DNA of 64,000 bases from Alphaproteobacteria bacterium (lineage in GTDB: Bacteria > Pseudomonadota > Alphaproteobacteria > UBA9219), in NCBI GenBank assembly GCA_009779135.1, contig WREW01000001.1, positions 173,498-237,497 on the forward strand. Reading direction: 5' to 3'. The notes beneath the pieces were generated by a model. That model was not told the origin of the DNA, did no database searches, and saw nothing but the letters and a program-made list of their open reading frames with translations. A program made the translations under genes and the position numbers. The stretch's first letter is position 1; each line of letters opens with the position of its first letter. Shown piece after piece: positions 38,917 to 50,619 of this stretch.

Positions 38917-39321
38917 ATGAAAGCCTATCAATTCCTGTCCCAAAAACTGCAAAAGTTCACGCTGGTCGAGTTCGCCATGGTTGAATGGATCTATATCATT
39001 TTTGGCGTTCTGGTTGCCTCGCTCTACAGGCCTTTGCTGGTCGTGTCCGGCTGGTTTTATCTGTTTGTTACCCTCATCGCTGCGGCGCCGCTGCTTATTT
39101 ATTTCCTCAACTTTGAAGGCAGCCTGATCCAGAGGGCCAGACAATATATCGCGGGCAACAACCCCTCAAATCAGGTTCTGACCTTGCTGAGCTGCGCCTT
39201 TTTCGGTATCGCCGCCACAGCCTTTTTCCCCATCCTGACCCGCTGCGATTGGTGGATCTATGCCGGCCTTATGATCCTCCTCTTTATAAAACCCTTCACG
39301 CATTTGTTTTTGAGGGATTAA
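38917..39321 (+). CDS. small membrane protein (4 predicted TM segments)
   Basis: Hydrophobic ORF with an SD. Confidence 0.5.
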   Translation: MKAYQFLSQKLQKFTLVEFAMVEWIYIIFGVLVASLYRPLLVVSGWFYLFVTLIAAAPLLIYFLNFEGSLIQRARQYIAGNNPSNQVLTLLSCAFFGIAATAFFPILTRCDWWIYAGLMILLFIKPFTHLFLRD

Positions 39322-39389
39322 AAACCGCTTGACGTCGGCCATGTTTTAGTGTATTAACATGATAATATACTAAAACCCTCGGTGCGCTT

Positions 39390-39659
39390 ATGAAAAGCCT
39401 TTATAATGCTTTGGCATGCATCAAGACGGAAAAGGAGCTCAATCTTTTCCTGAAGGATCTGTGCACGCCCGGGGAAATCAATGCTTTAAACGAACGCTGG
39501 GAAATCGCGCAAATGCTGTATAAAGGCGCGATGTCCTATCGTGATATTGCACAAAAAACGGGGGCTTCCATTACCACGGTGACCCGTGTCGCCCGCTTTT
39601 TGAAGGATGAGCCGAACAAAGGCTATCTGACGGTTTTAAACCGCATCCATCACGCCTGA
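39390..39659 (+). CDS. TrpR-like YerC/YecD family protein
   Basis: 89 aa. ELNLFLKDLCTPGEINALNERWEIAQML...SYRDIAQKTGASITTVTRV is typical of the family. Confidence 0.7.
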   Translation: MKSLYNALACIKTEKELNLFLKDLCTPGEINALNERWEIAQMLYKGAMSYRDIAQKTGASITTVTRVARFLKDEPNKGYLTVLNRIHHA

Positions 39660-39726
39660 GGCGTGAACTTCTTTCCCCATCTTATTTTTATCGCCGCTCT
39701 CAATCCCTTTATTAAAGGAGTTTACC

Positions 39727-41016
<1,290 letters not shown>

Positions 41017-41087
41017 TCATGTAGGCTTCTCTTATAGCACAGAAGGCCGTGGCGCAAGAAAAATAACATTTGGCCGTGTTTTTATGC

Positions 41088-42119
41088 TTAACGGCGGTTC
41101 AGGCGCAGCCATTGGCTGACATTATTGTTGTGCTCGCTCAGCGTTTTGGCGAAGGCATGGCCGCCCGTGCCGTCCGCGACAAAATAAAGATACTCGTTTT
41201 TCTCAGGGTGCAAAGCCGCTTCAAGGGCCGCGCGGCCCGGGTTGCAGATGGGCTTGGGCGGCAGGCCGGGCGTAACATAGGTGTTCATGGGCGAAGAGGT
41301 CAAAAGATCGGCGCGCGTCAGGCTGCGGCCCAAAGATTGAAGCCCGTCCGTTAAAGCATAAATCACGGTCGGATCCGACTGCAAAGGCATCCTAAGGCGC
41401 AGGCGGTTAACAAAAACGCCCGCAACCCGCGCGCGCTCATGCGCCTGAGGGCCTGTTTCTTTTTCGATGATCGAGGCCAAAATCACAGCCTCCTGCGGCG
41501 TTTTCAAAGGAAGATTATCCTGCCGCTCCGCCCAGAGCTTGGCCAAAAGAGCTTGCGCGTCTCTTTGCATCCAAGCCGTAAGGCCCGTGCGGTCGTCACC
41601 ATGCGTGAAATGATAGGTTTCCGGCAAAAGAGAGCCTTCCGGCGGAATCTGCTCAATCGTGCCGCTGAGATAGGGATTAGAGATCAGAAGGTTGACAATC
41701 TCGTAAGAAGTGCGCCCCTCCGGCACCGTGATTTGCCGCACAATCGTCTTGCCGTCACGAAGCTTTGCGGTGACGTCCAGAACATTCATGCCGGGCTCGA
41801 ACCTGTATTCACCAGCGCGCAGCCTGTCATCCGCCATCAGCCGCGCCGTAACGCGGAAAAGAAGAGGGTTAACGAGGATGTTGTTATCATCCAGAATCTG
41901 CGCGATTTCCTGCACCGAGCTCCCTTTGGGGATCATCACGGTTGCAACTTTTTCATAAGGGCCGGAAACATGAAGCGCGAGGATAAAAAGGGGCCCCGCA
42001 AAAAAAGTGATGAGAAACACAAAGAGAAGGGAATAGGGCAACGCATAATATTTCCGTACCGCTTTGGCCGGCTGTGGCGGCGGCACGGGAGGCTCAATTT
42101 CTAAGTCGGTCTGGTTCAA
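41088..42119 (-). CDS. mltG: endolytic murein transglycosylase MltG (YceG-like)
   Basis: N-terminal TM segment, YceG domain with the conserved Glu region (IIEKETG). Confidence 0.85.
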   Translation of the reverse strand: MNQTDLEIEPPVPPPQPAKAVRKYYALPYSLLFVFLITFFAGPLFILALHVSGPYEKVATVMIPKGSSVQEIAQILDDNNILVNPLLFRVTARLMADDRLRAGEYRFEPGMNVLDVTAKLRDGKTIVRQITVPEGRTSYEIVNLLISNPYLSGTIEQIPPEGSLLPETYHFTHGDDRTGLTAWMQRDAQALLAKLWAERQDNLPLKTPQEAVILASIIEKETGPQAHERARVAGVFVNRLRLRMPLQSDPTVIYALTDGLQSLGRSLTRADLLTSSPMNTYVTPGLPPKPICNPGRAALEAALHPEKNEYLYFVADGTGGHAFAKTLSEHNNNVSQWLRLNRR

Positions 42120-42155
42120 GAGGCGCTGCCTTTTTTACGGTGGTCTCTAAAGCAA

Positions 42156-42242
42156 ATGGTGCGGTCAAGAAGACTCGAACTTCCACGAGATTTCTCCCAC
42201 AGCGACCTCAACGCTGCGCGTCTACCAATTCCGCCATGACCG
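42156..42242 (-). tRNA. tRNA-Leu (anticodon GAG)
   Basis: Reverse complement GCGGTCATGGCGGAATTGGTAGACGCGCAGCGTTGAGGTCGCTGTGGGAGAAATCTCGTGGAAGTTCGAGTCTTCTTGACCGCACCA, with a long variable arm. Confidence 0.85.
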
Positions 42243-42313
42243 CACATCAAAGCCTCAGGCCGGTAGCCAAGAAGGCCTTAGCAGAGATCCGCATCTCAAG
42301 GCAAGCAGCTTTT

Positions 42314-42350
42314 ACAAAAAAACCCGCCTGAAAACAGGCGGGTTTTTAAT
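42314..42350 (-). terminator. rho-independent terminator (downstream of phaR; possibly bidirectional)
   Basis: aacccgcctgaaaacaggcgggtt stem flanked by an A7 run on one side and T-rich tail on the other. Confidence 0.6.
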
Positions 42351-42368
42351 CCTTTTTCAAAAGAGGGC

Positions 42369-43205
42369 TTAGGCCCGACTTTTTGCCAGGTCAGCCAGTT
42401 GACGTTGCAGATTCGCAATTTTTTGCTGCATGTCCTCAGCGCTGCTGTTGGCGGCCACGGCGGCTTGCACATGAGGCATGGTTGCCGTTGTCGTGGTTAT
42501 TTTAGCCGAGGCCTCCTGACGGGGTTTAAGGCTTGTCACCGAAGCGCTTGTCGAAGCCGTGGTTGTTGTTGTCCCCGTATCGGCGGACACCTGAAAAGGC
42601 TGAGTCATGGCGCTTACCGGTGGCGTTGCAGCGCTTGTTGTGGCCGTGGTTGTCGCTGTGCTGCTTGCCGTCGTTGTTGTGCCTGTCGCGTCTGTTGCGG
42701 CTGTCTTTCCGAAACCAAGCGTATTCAAGGCGTTAAACGAGGCCGTCGGCGAAAACATGCGCAGGACATTTTCAAACAGAGCCATATTTTGCTTGCCCAT
42801 TTCCTCGAACGTGGTGCCGAAAGGAAAGATTGAGCCGAGCGAATTTTGGAAGTAAGCCGCAATTTTCTCCTGATTATCAGAGAGATTATTCAGGCTATGT
42901 TCCAGATATTTGGGAACCATCCACTGCAGATTGCTGCCGTAAAAGCCGATCAGCTGGCGCAGGAAATCGATGGGGAGGAGATTAGTCTGATCCCCTTTAT
43001 TTTCTTCATCCACGATAATCTGGGTGAGAACCGAGCGGGTGATATCCTCACTGCTCTTGGCGTCATAGACATTAAACTTAACGCCATCCTTCACCATGAC
43101 CGAAAGATCCTGCAAGGTCACATACGAGCTTGTGGCCGTATTATACAGGCGCCGGTTGGCATATTTCTTGATGGTGATGGTTTGGTTGGGATTTTGGTTG
43201 CTCAT
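42369..43205 (-). CDS. phaR: PHA synthesis repressor PhaR with Thr/Ala-rich low-complexity extension
   Basis: IKKYANRRLYNTATSSYVTLQDLSVMVKDG is the PhaR N-terminal DNA-binding signature. Start chosen at MSNQNPNQ. Confidence 0.75.
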   Translation of the reverse strand: MSNQNPNQTITIKKYANRRLYNTATSSYVTLQDLSVMVKDGVKFNVYDAKSSEDITRSVLTQIIVDEENKGDQTNLLPIDFLRQLIGFYGSNLQWMVPKYLEHSLNNLSDNQEKIAAYFQNSLGSIFPFGTTFEEMGKQNMALFENVLRMFSPTASFNALNTLGFGKTAATDATGTTTTASSTATTTATTSAATPPVSAMTQPFQVSADTGTTTTTASTSASVTSLKPRQEASAKITTTTATMPHVQAAVAANSSAEDMQQKIANLQRQLADLAKSRA

Positions 43206-43535
43206 GATGACCGTTCCTGATGAAGTTTCGGATAAGGTGATGGAAAAGGGCAAGAACACCTCTTTCCCAAAAGCGCATACATGCTGATTCTGGTTCAAAG
43301 ACAGCGTTTGATGATTGTGGTCGTATTGCGCAAAAAACTCAAGACGCTTTTTTGCATCAGACGCATTTTTTTGCTGCGGCCGCACGCGCGTATGGGCCGG
43401 AAGATTGTGCGCATGGGTAAAAGCCGTATTCTGCAAAAATAGGCTTTGACGCACAGGGTCAAACAGAGGTAGTATAACGTCCGTGCCTTACCTTGCTACG
43501 GGAAGGAAGATCCCTCTAAATGGCGGAAAAACAAC

Positions 43536-44501
43536 ATGACAAATAACAAGACGACCGAACGTGATTGGAGCGAGCTTGCACAAGACGCGCTCAATTTATG
43601 GCAGGATCAGCTGACCGCGATCGCCACTGATCCGCAGACCAAGGATGAAATGGCCCGCCTTGTTAGCCCGATGGGCGAGGTGATGACGCAATGGACATCT
43701 TTTTTGCAGGCCAGCTTGCAAGGCATGTCAAACACCGCAGCGGCTTTTCAGGAAACGGCGTTGGCCCCGATTGCCACAGACGTCTTTACGGCCACGGCGC
43801 CTGCCGCCAGCACGGCCAAAGCGTCGGAGGAACCTCTTGTTTCTGATGTTTTTGTGGCCTCCTCCACCGCAAAGGCGGGAACAGGACTGGATCCGTCCTA
43901 TTTAGATTCCTCTTATTACAACCAGACCAAAAGCCATGACGAAAAGGCTATTGAGGATGATCTGACCGTTCTCGAATCACTTCTGGCTCAGGCGCGCGCC
44001 TGGCGCAAAAGGGAGCTTGAGGGCACCATCCCTTCCGCGCAGGAAGCGCTGCAAAAGGCTGGCCTGCGCGTAGCTCCTGCGGCCGCCAGAAGCGGGACGG
44101 ATACGACCGCCATTGCGGCGTTGCAAGGGCTTGATTCGGGCAGTGTCTTTGTGGATCCGGTGCTGTGTCTGGCAGGCCTATCCTTCTCAGCCAAGCAAGG
44201 AGCGCTTGAATATGCCGTCACCCAAACCCCCGCAGCAGTCGCAACAGCCGCAACAGCCGCAACATTTGAAACCTTCGTCACAGAGCCTTTCATCGACACG
44301 GCCCTCGCAGCAACCGCACAAACTGATACGCAGCAAAGTGTGCGCGGCCCTTCTGCCGAAGGCTCTCGGGACTTGGCTGAGCTTGCCAGCCGTCTGGCCC
44401 AGCTTGAGCGCGAGCTGGACGGGATGCGAAGCGCCGCCAGCGACTCTGACGCCGCCGCTGCAGGAGACCTTGAGCAAGTGGCTTCAGCCACTTCGCGCTA
44501 A
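43536..44501 (+). CDS. PHA-associated protein, possible PhaE-like partner of class III PHA synthase
   Basis: 321 aa, Ala/Thr-rich with a coiled-coil C-terminus, immediately upstream of the PhaC-like gene and overlapping it. Assigned by position only. Confidence 0.35.
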   Translation: MTNNKTTERDWSELAQDALNLWQDQLTAIATDPQTKDEMARLVSPMGEVMTQWTSFLQASLQGMSNTAAAFQETALAPIATDVFTATAPAASTAKASEEPLVSDVFVASSTAKAGTGLDPSYLDSSYYNQTKSHDEKAIEDDLTVLESLLAQARAWRKRELEGTIPSAQEALQKAGLRVAPAAARSGTDTTAIAALQGLDSGSVFVDPVLCLAGLSFSAKQGALEYAVTQTPAAVATAATAATFETFVTEPFIDTALAATAQTDTQQSVRGPSAEGSRDLAELASRLAQLERELDGMRSAASDSDAAAAGDLEQVASATSR

Positions 44502-45597
44502 GATCCCTGCGGATCTGAACGCACAGGAACAAAAAGCCCTTGCGGACGCAATCCAGAAAGAAGCGCTGAAACGCGCGGATCTTTTTCTTGCGGGCCTGCG
44601 CTCTTATCAAGCCTCATCCTTCAAGCGCGAAGACGCAACAGATATGGCCTGTCTCTGGTCTGCGGGATCTGCGCGGTTGCTGGATTATGCGCCGGATACA
44701 GATGCGCCCGTTGTCTTCATCGTGCCCTCTCTGGTCAACGGGTATGAGATTTTGGACATGGCGAAAACGCAGTCTTTCGTGCGGTTTTTAGCGGCGCAGG
44801 GCTTTCGTCCTTTGGTGATGGATTGGGGCGTGCCGGCCGAGGCGGAGAAAGATTTCACCCTTGATGATTATCTGCGCCATTATCTCAAAAGCGCTTGGCA
44901 AAAAGCCTGCACGGTGGCGGGTGCGCGAAAATGCCATATGGTCGGCTATTGTATGGGCGGCGTGATGGCCATGGCGCTGGCGCAGCATGTTCAAAAAAAT
45001 AAGCTTGCTTCTTTGACCTTGATCGCCACGCCTTGGGATTTCGGCGCGCAGGGTGTTGCGGGCGTGCCTGCGGCAGATACGCAAGGCGGGATTTCTTTTT
45101 TAACGCAGGCGCGGCAATGGATGACCGCGCTTGAACAATACGGCTTTCTTCCGCCCCAGCTTTTGCAGTTTGTGTTCACAACTTTTCAGATCAGGCATAT
45201 TTTGGACAAATATCAAAAGTTCGGTCAGGCCACGATGGATGAAGATTCCATGCGTCGGTTTGTTTTAACCGAAGACTGGCTCAATCGCGGCATTCCCTTG
45301 ACCTTGCCCGTGGCGCGTGAATGTCTTGAAGGCTGGTATCAGAGAAATGATCTTTTTGAGGGCCGTTTTCGCGCTTTGGATGCCGTGCTTGATCCCAAAA
45401 CCCTGACGGTTCCCACTTATATTTTAATGGCGCGCGATGACAATATTGTTCCCCGTGCCTGCGCCGCGCCGCTAACCGCGCTTATCAAAAACACCAAAAC
45501 GCAGGAAGCACAGACGGGGCATATAGGCCTTATGATAGGCCACAAGGCCCCCACCCAGATCTGGCCCTCTTATGCGCGTTGGCTGAAAGCGGCGTAA
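44470..45597 (+). CDS. phaC: class III-like poly(3-hydroxyalkanoate) synthase PhaC (alpha/beta hydrolase with GxCxG lipase box)
   Basis: HMVGYCMGGVMAMALA lipase box with Cys, and a C-terminal GHIG region. The start is uncertain: TTG at 44470, or the ORF back to 44113, which overlaps the upstream gene in another frame. Confidence 0.6.
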   Translation: MSKWLQPLRAKIPADLNAQEQKALADAIQKEALKRADLFLAGLRSYQASSFKREDATDMACLWSAGSARLLDYAPDTDAPVVFIVPSLVNGYEILDMAKTQSFVRFLAAQGFRPLVMDWGVPAEAEKDFTLDDYLRHYLKSAWQKACTVAGARKCHMVGYCMGGVMAMALAQHVQKNKLASLTLIATPWDFGAQGVAGVPAADTQGGISFLTQARQWMTALEQYGFLPPQLLQFVFTTFQIRHILDKYQKFGQATMDEDSMRRFVLTEDWLNRGIPLTLPVARECLEGWYQRNDLFEGRFRALDAVLDPKTLTVPTYILMARDDNIVPRACAAPLTALIKNTKTQEAQTGHIGLMIGHKAPTQIWPSYARWLKAA

Positions 45598-46139
45598 TGA
45601 ACGAAGAAAAACGCATATGCATAGGTCGATTTTCCGGCGCTTACGGCGTTAAGGGCCTTGGGCGACTCCAGAGTTTCACGCAGGAACCCGCCTCGATTTT
45701 CCACTACAGCCCCCTGACGGATGAGGCGGGAGAGCGTATTTTTACGCTTACGAATGAAGGGCAGGGCGATGGATTTTTTGTCGTGGCCGTAAAAGGTTTT
45801 TCAACGCGCGAAGAAGTTGAATCCTTAAACGGCATCCGCCTTTACATCGCGCGCGCAAATCTGCCTGAGCCTGAAGATGAAAACACCTATTATTTTGCTG
45901 ATCTGATCGGCCTTGATGTGCGCACGCCAAAAGGATTGAGCATCGGCATCATCGAAAATGTCTATGATTTCGGCGCGGGCACTATTTTGGAAATCAAGCC
46001 AGAGCAAGGCGCCGGTTTTATGCTGCCTTTCAAGGATGCTTATGTGCCCGAGGTTGATCTTGAGCAGCGCTTTGTCACCATCATCATCCCGCGCGGCTGG
46101 CTGGCCGAAGAAAAACAGCCCGTAGGTGATCCGTCATGA
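45597..46139 (+). CDS. rimM: ribosome maturation factor RimM
   Basis: MNEEKRICIGRFSGAYGVKG start overlaps the phaC stop (TAATG). PRC-barrel C-terminus. Confidence 0.85.
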   Translation: MNEEKRICIGRFSGAYGVKGLGRLQSFTQEPASIFHYSPLTDEAGERIFTLTNEGQGDGFFVVAVKGFSTREEVESLNGIRLYIARANLPEPEDENTYYFADLIGLDVRTPKGLSIGIIENVYDFGAGTILEIKPEQGAGFMLPFKDAYVPEVDLEQRFVTIIIPRGWLAEEKQPVGDPS

Positions 46140-46864
46140 AGGAACCCCTTTGGCAGGTTCAGATCCTTACGCTGTTTCCCGAACTTTACCCGGGGCCGCT
46201 GGATTGCTCGCTGATCGGGCGCGCGCTGAAAGAAAATCTTTGGACTCTGGATGTTTTGGCGTTGCGCGATTTCGGGCTGGGCCATCACAAAGCCGTGGAT
46301 GATACGCCCTATGGCGGTGGGGCAGGGATGGTCTTACGCGCGGATGTTTTAAAGGCCGCCTTGGACAGCGCCAAAGAAAAGTTCGGCCATACCTCGCGCC
46401 GCCTTTATCTTTCCCCGCGCGGGCGGGTTTTGGATCAGAATCTCGTCAAGGAGCTTGCGGCCTGTCCTTCCTTGTTGCTTGTGTGTGGGCGGTTTGAAGG
46501 GGTGGATCAGCGCGTCCTTGAACATGAAGCGTTTGAGGAAGTTTCTCTGGGCGACTTTATTCTGGCTGGTGGCGATCTTGCGGCCATGGCCCTTTGCGAG
46601 GCTTGCGTCCGGTTGCTTGACGGCGTCATGGGCAACGCGGCCACAAAGGAGGAGGAAAGCTTTGAAAATTTCCTTCTTGAATACCCCCATTACACCCGCC
46701 CGCCTCTTTGGGAAGGGCTTGCGGTGCCGGAAGTGTTAAGCTCGGGCCACCACGCCAATATAGCCGCTTGGCGCCTTGAGCAGGCCCGGGCCTTAACCCG
46801 CGAAAAGAGGCCGGATTTATGGAAAAAGAGGCAGGATAAGGAAAAAAGTGAAAAAAATGGTTAA
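46136..46864 (+). CDS. trmD: tRNA (guanine37-N1)-methyltransferase
   Basis: Canonical TrmD sequence (ILTLFPELYPGPL, DDTPYGGGAGMV). Confidence 0.9.
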   Translation: MKEPLWQVQILTLFPELYPGPLDCSLIGRALKENLWTLDVLALRDFGLGHHKAVDDTPYGGGAGMVLRADVLKAALDSAKEKFGHTSRRLYLSPRGRVLDQNLVKELAACPSLLLVCGRFEGVDQRVLEHEAFEEVSLGDFILAGGDLAAMALCEACVRLLDGVMGNAATKEEESFENFLLEYPHYTRPPLWEGLAVPEVLSSGHHANIAAWRLEQARALTREKRPDLWKKRQDKEKSEKNG

Positions 46865-46936
46865 AATGGCCGCTGAAACCGTTGAGCTTGGGGCAAAAAC
46901 CATGTATAGCAAAGCCCTCGGTTAAGGAGAAAAACG

Positions 46937-47335
46937 ATGAATATTTTACAAAAGTTTGAAGCCGCGCAGCTGGAAAAACTGAAGGACAAAGTCCCTTCTT
47001 TCGCCCCGGGCGATACCGTGCGCGTGAATGTGAAAGTCATTGAAGGCACGCGCTCGCGCCTTCAGGCTTATGAAGGCGTATGCATTGCGCGCAAAAATGC
47101 GGGGATCAACTCCTCCTTCACCGTGCGCAAAATCAGCTATGGCGAAGGGGTGGAGCGCGTTTTCCCGCTTTACAGCCCCAATCTTGATTCCATCAAGGTC
47201 GTGCGCAAAGGCGATGTACGCCGCGCCAAGCTTTACTTCCTGCGCGACCTGCGCGGCAAAGCAGCCCGCATTACAGAAAAAACCACCTACGGCAAAACAA
47301 CCATAGAAAGCGTTGGGGTTGATTCCGAGGCCTGA
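46937..47335 (+). CDS. rplS: 50S ribosomal protein L19
   Basis: [12 protein letters not shown]...[16 protein letters not shown]. Confidence 0.9.
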   Translation: MNILQKFEAAQLEKLKDKVPSFAPGDTVRVNVKVIEGTRSRLQAYEGVCIARKNAGINSSFTVRKISYGEGVERVFPLYSPNLDSIKVVRKGDVRRAKLYFLRDLRGKAARITEKTTYGKTTIESVGVDSEA

Positions 47336-47343
47336 GAGGCCCT

Positions 47344-48642
47344 ATGACCATCTCTCCCGCGATGTTTGAAGCGCTGATGAAACCTTTTGATCCTTTGTGT
47401 CAGGAGGGGCCTGTGGCTGTAGCGTTTTCGGGGGGGCCTGACAGCACGGCGCTTGCTTTTTGTCTTCAACATTATCTGTCCTGCCGGCTTGTGGCGCTGC
47501 TTGTGGAGCATGGCCTGAGACCTGAATCAAAGGAAGAAGCGGAAAAAGCCGCCAAAGCAAGCCGCGATCAGGGTATCGAAACCTTCATTCTTCCATGGCA
47601 CCACGATCCGCTGCAAGGTCGCCTTCATGTCAAAGCGCGTCAAGCGCGCTATGCGCTGTTGTTTGAAGCCTGCCGCGCACGCGGCATCAAAACGCTTTTT
47701 CTGGCGCATCATGCGGACGATCAGGCCGAAACGGTTCTGATGCGTTTTGCCAAAGGAAGCGGCGTTGACGGTCTAAGCGGCATGCCGGCCATCGCGCGCC
47801 GTCAAGGCATCACACTTGCGCGCCCTTTTTTGGATATTCCCAAGGAAACGCTTGTTGAAACATGCCGGCATCACGGACTTTTTTACGTTATCGATCCGAG
47901 CAATGAAAAAGAACAATATGCGCGCGGACGTTTGCGCAAAATCATGCCGCTCCTTGCGCAGGAAGGTTTAAGCCGCGCAAGCCTTTTGGATATGGCCGCC
48001 CGTGCGAGGGAGGCTTCGCAGGCGCTTGATTTTTACGCGCGTGATTTTTTGCGCAAGGCAGCGCAAGCCGATCAATATGGCGGGGTTTTTCTTGAATTAA
48101 GCAATTTGCGCGGTCTGCCTTTGGCTGTAGCAGGCCGCGTAGTGCGTTTGGTTATGGACGATATGCACAAGAAAAATTACGCGCCGCCGCGCAGCAAGGC
48201 CGAGCCTTTTTTGCGCTGGTTGCGAGATCCTGATGAAAAAGGCGTTAAAACATGGCAAGGCTGCCTGATTAAAAAAGGCGAGCAGTGCGATCGCGCGCTG
48301 TTTGTGCGCGAACGCATGGCCATCAAAACGCGCCCCGTCCTCAAGCGTGGCCAAAGCCTGCGCTTTGATGAATGCTGGCAGATCACTTGGCCGCAAGAGG
48401 TTGAAATCGGTGCCTTTCAAGCCTTAACACTTGCCCCTTTGGGCCATCCGCCGCATGCGCTTCTTGATCGGCTGGCCCCCGATTTACGAAAAACCTGCCT
48501 GCAGGCCTATGTGCGCGCCAGCCTGCCGGCCCTTTGGGATGGGGATGAGCTTGCCTCTATCCCCGCTTTTGTTGAAGAAAAGCCGCCCGAGGGCTATTCT
48601 CATGTTTTTGCGTATCGAAGGATGCCATCTTGGTTGCAATAA
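47344..48642 (+). CDS. tilS: tRNA(Ile)-lysidine synthetase
   Basis: PP-loop VAFSGGPDSTAL. Confidence 0.85.
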   Translation: MTISPAMFEALMKPFDPLCQEGPVAVAFSGGPDSTALAFCLQHYLSCRLVALLVEHGLRPESKEEAEKAAKASRDQGIETFILPWHHDPLQGRLHVKARQARYALLFEACRARGIKTLFLAHHADDQAETVLMRFAKGSGVDGLSGMPAIARRQGITLARPFLDIPKETLVETCRHHGLFYVIDPSNEKEQYARGRLRKIMPLLAQEGLSRASLLDMAARAREASQALDFYARDFLRKAAQADQYGGVFLELSNLRGLPLAVAGRVVRLVMDDMHKKNYAPPRSKAEPFLRWLRDPDEKGVKTWQGCLIKKGEQCDRALFVRERMAIKTRPVLKRGQSLRFDECWQITWPQEVEIGAFQALTLAPLGHPPHALLDRLAPDLRKTCLQAYVRASLPALWDGDELASIPAFVEEKPPEGYSHVFAYRRMPSWLQ

Positions 48643-48693
48643 GCCCCAAGCTTCCTATATCTTAATGGCGGCCATGGCATTTGAAAGGTTTGA

Positions 48694-50619
48694 ATGGTGA
48701 ACAAAAACACAAAAAACATTCTTTTGGTGGCGGGCATTGTCCTGATGCTCTATGCCTTTTTTAATCTGCTGACAGGCGGCAGCGCGGTCAGCCAGCCTTC
48801 CATGCCCTTCAGCGACTTTCTGGCGCGCGTGGAGGAAGGCAAGGTTTCAGACGTCAAGATCCGCGAAGATCTGATCTACGGCCATTTTGTAGATGGAGGC
48901 ATCGGCTTTATCACGCGCATGCCGCCGAACACCAATGTGGTGGATCGTCTTTTGGACAAGGGCGTTAAAATTGACGTACTGGCGGACACATCGCGTGATC
49001 CTACATTCTTAGGTGTTTTGATTTCCTCTTGGCCGATTTTGCTGATGATTGCGGTTTATGTGTTTTTCATGCGGCAGATGAACAGCGCAGGGGGCAAAGC
49101 CATGGGCTTTGGCCGCAGCAAGGCGCGCCTTTTGACCGAAAAGGAAGGAAAAGTCACGTTTGAAGACGTCGCCGGTGTGGAAGAAGCCAAGCAGGAGCTT
49201 GAAGAAGTCGTCGAGTTCCTGCGCGATCCGCAGAAGTTTCAAAAACTGGGAGGCAAGATTCCCAAAGGCGTTTTACTTGTCGGCCCCCCGGGGACAGGCA
49301 AAACCTTGATCGCGCGCGCTGTGGCGGGCGAGGCGGGCGTGCCTTTCTTCACGATCTCAGGCTCGGACTTTGTCGAGATGTTTGTCGGCGTCGGCGCAAG
49401 TCGCGTGCGCGATATGTTTGAGCAAGGCAAGAAAAACGCGCCCTGCATCATCTTTATTGATGAAATTGACGCGGTAGGCCGCCATCGCGGCGCGGGCTTG
49501 GGCGGCGGCAATGATGAGCGCGAGCAAACGCTCAACCAGCTCCTTGTCGAGATGGACGGGTTTGAATCCAATGACGGCGTGATTTTGATCGCCGCCACCA
49601 ACCGCCCTGATGTTCTGGATCCTGCCTTGCTGCGCCCGGGCCGCTTTGACCGTCAGGTGGTGGTTCCCAACCCCGATATTCTGGGCCGCGAGCGTATTTT
49701 AAAGGTTCACATGCGCAAAGTGCCCTTGGCCAAAGACGTGGATCCGCGCACCATCGCGCGCGGCACCCCGGGCTTTTCGGGCGCTGATCTGGCTAATCTT
49801 GTCAATGAAGCAGCGCTTTTGGCCGCGCGCAGCGACAAGGCCGCTGTGGACATGCAGGATTTTGAATCCGCCAAAGACAAGGTCATGATGGGCACCGAGC
49901 GCCGCTCCATGGTGATGACGGACAAGGAGCGCGAACTGACAGCCTATCACGAAGCGGGCCATGCGCTTGTAGGGCTGAACACGCCGCAAAGCGATCCCTT
50001 GCATAAGGTCACGATTATCCCGCGAGGTCGTGCGCTTGGCGTCACGATGAATCTGCCCGAGCGCGACAAATACAGCCAGACCATCACCGAGCTGAAATCG
50101 CGCCTTGCCATGATGTATGGTGGCCGCGTGGCCGAGGAAATGGTTTTTGGCCGCGATCAGGTAACCACCGGCGCCAGCAGCGATATCGCGCAAGCCACCA
50201 ATCTGGCCCGCCGCATGGTGACCGAGTTCGGCATGTCCGACAAACTTGGCCGCGTGCGTTATAACGCCAATGAGCAAGAGGTGTTTCTTGGCCACTCCGT
50301 CACGCAAACACAAAATATTTCGGAAGAAACCGCCAAGATTATTGATGATGAAATCCGCCGCTTTGTGGAAGAAGGCGAGGGCACAGCGCGCCGGATTTTG
50401 CTTGCCAAACGCGCGGATCTTGAAGTGGTTGCGCAGGCGCTTTTGGAATATGAAACCTTGTCGGGCGATGAGGTGAAAGCGCTTTTGCGCGGCGAAAAAA
50501 TAGACCGCAGCGATACGCCCGCGCGCGTTTCTTCCGCGCAAAACACATCAACCAGCCGCCGTGGCTCAGTCCCTTCGGCCAAAGACGTCCGTCCCAACGA
50601 AACAGGAATCACTGTATGA
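48694..50619 (+). CDS. ftsH: ATP-dependent zinc metalloprotease FtsH
   Basis: Walker [12 protein letters not shown] motif, HEAGHAL zinc site. Confidence 0.95.
   Translation: MVNKNTKNILLVAGIVLMLYAFFNLLTGGSAVSQPSMPFSDFLARVEEGKVSDVKIREDLIYGHFVDGGIGFITRMPPNTNVVDRLLDKGVKIDVLADTSRDPTFLGVLISSWPILLMIAVYVFFMRQMNSAGGKAMGFGRSKARLLTEKEGKVTFEDVAGVEEAKQELEEVVEFLRDPQKFQKLGGKIPKGVLLVGPPGTGKTLIARAVAGEAGVPFFTISGSDFVEMFVGVGASRVRDMFEQGKKNAPCIIFIDEIDAVGRHRGAGLGGGNDEREQTLNQLLVEMDGFESNDGVILIAATNRPDVLDPALLRPGRFDRQVVVPNPDILGRERILKVHMRKVPLAKDVDPRTIARGTPGFSGADLANLVNEAALLAARSDKAAVDMQDFESAKDKVMMGTERRSMVMTDKERELTAYHEAGHALVGLNTPQSDPLHKVTIIPRGRALGVTMNLPERDKYSQTITELKSRLAMMYGGRVAEEMVFGRDQVTTGASSDIAQATNLARRMVTEFGMSDKLGRVRYNANEQEVFLGHSVTQTQNISEETAKIIDDEIRRFVEEGEGTARRILLAKRADLEVVAQALLEYETLSGDEVKALLRGEKIDRSDTPARVSSAQNTSTSRRGSVPSAKDVRPNETGITV

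Noticed and set aside
44113-44469. N-terminal 119 codons of the PhaC ORF (Gln/Pro/Ser-rich)
   Set aside because: They overlap the upstream 321-aa gene in a different frame, have low complexity, and lack homology to PHA synthase N-termini. The start was moved to 44470 with low confidence.
49699-50541. 280-aa minus-strand ORF
   Set aside because: It is antisense to ftsH.
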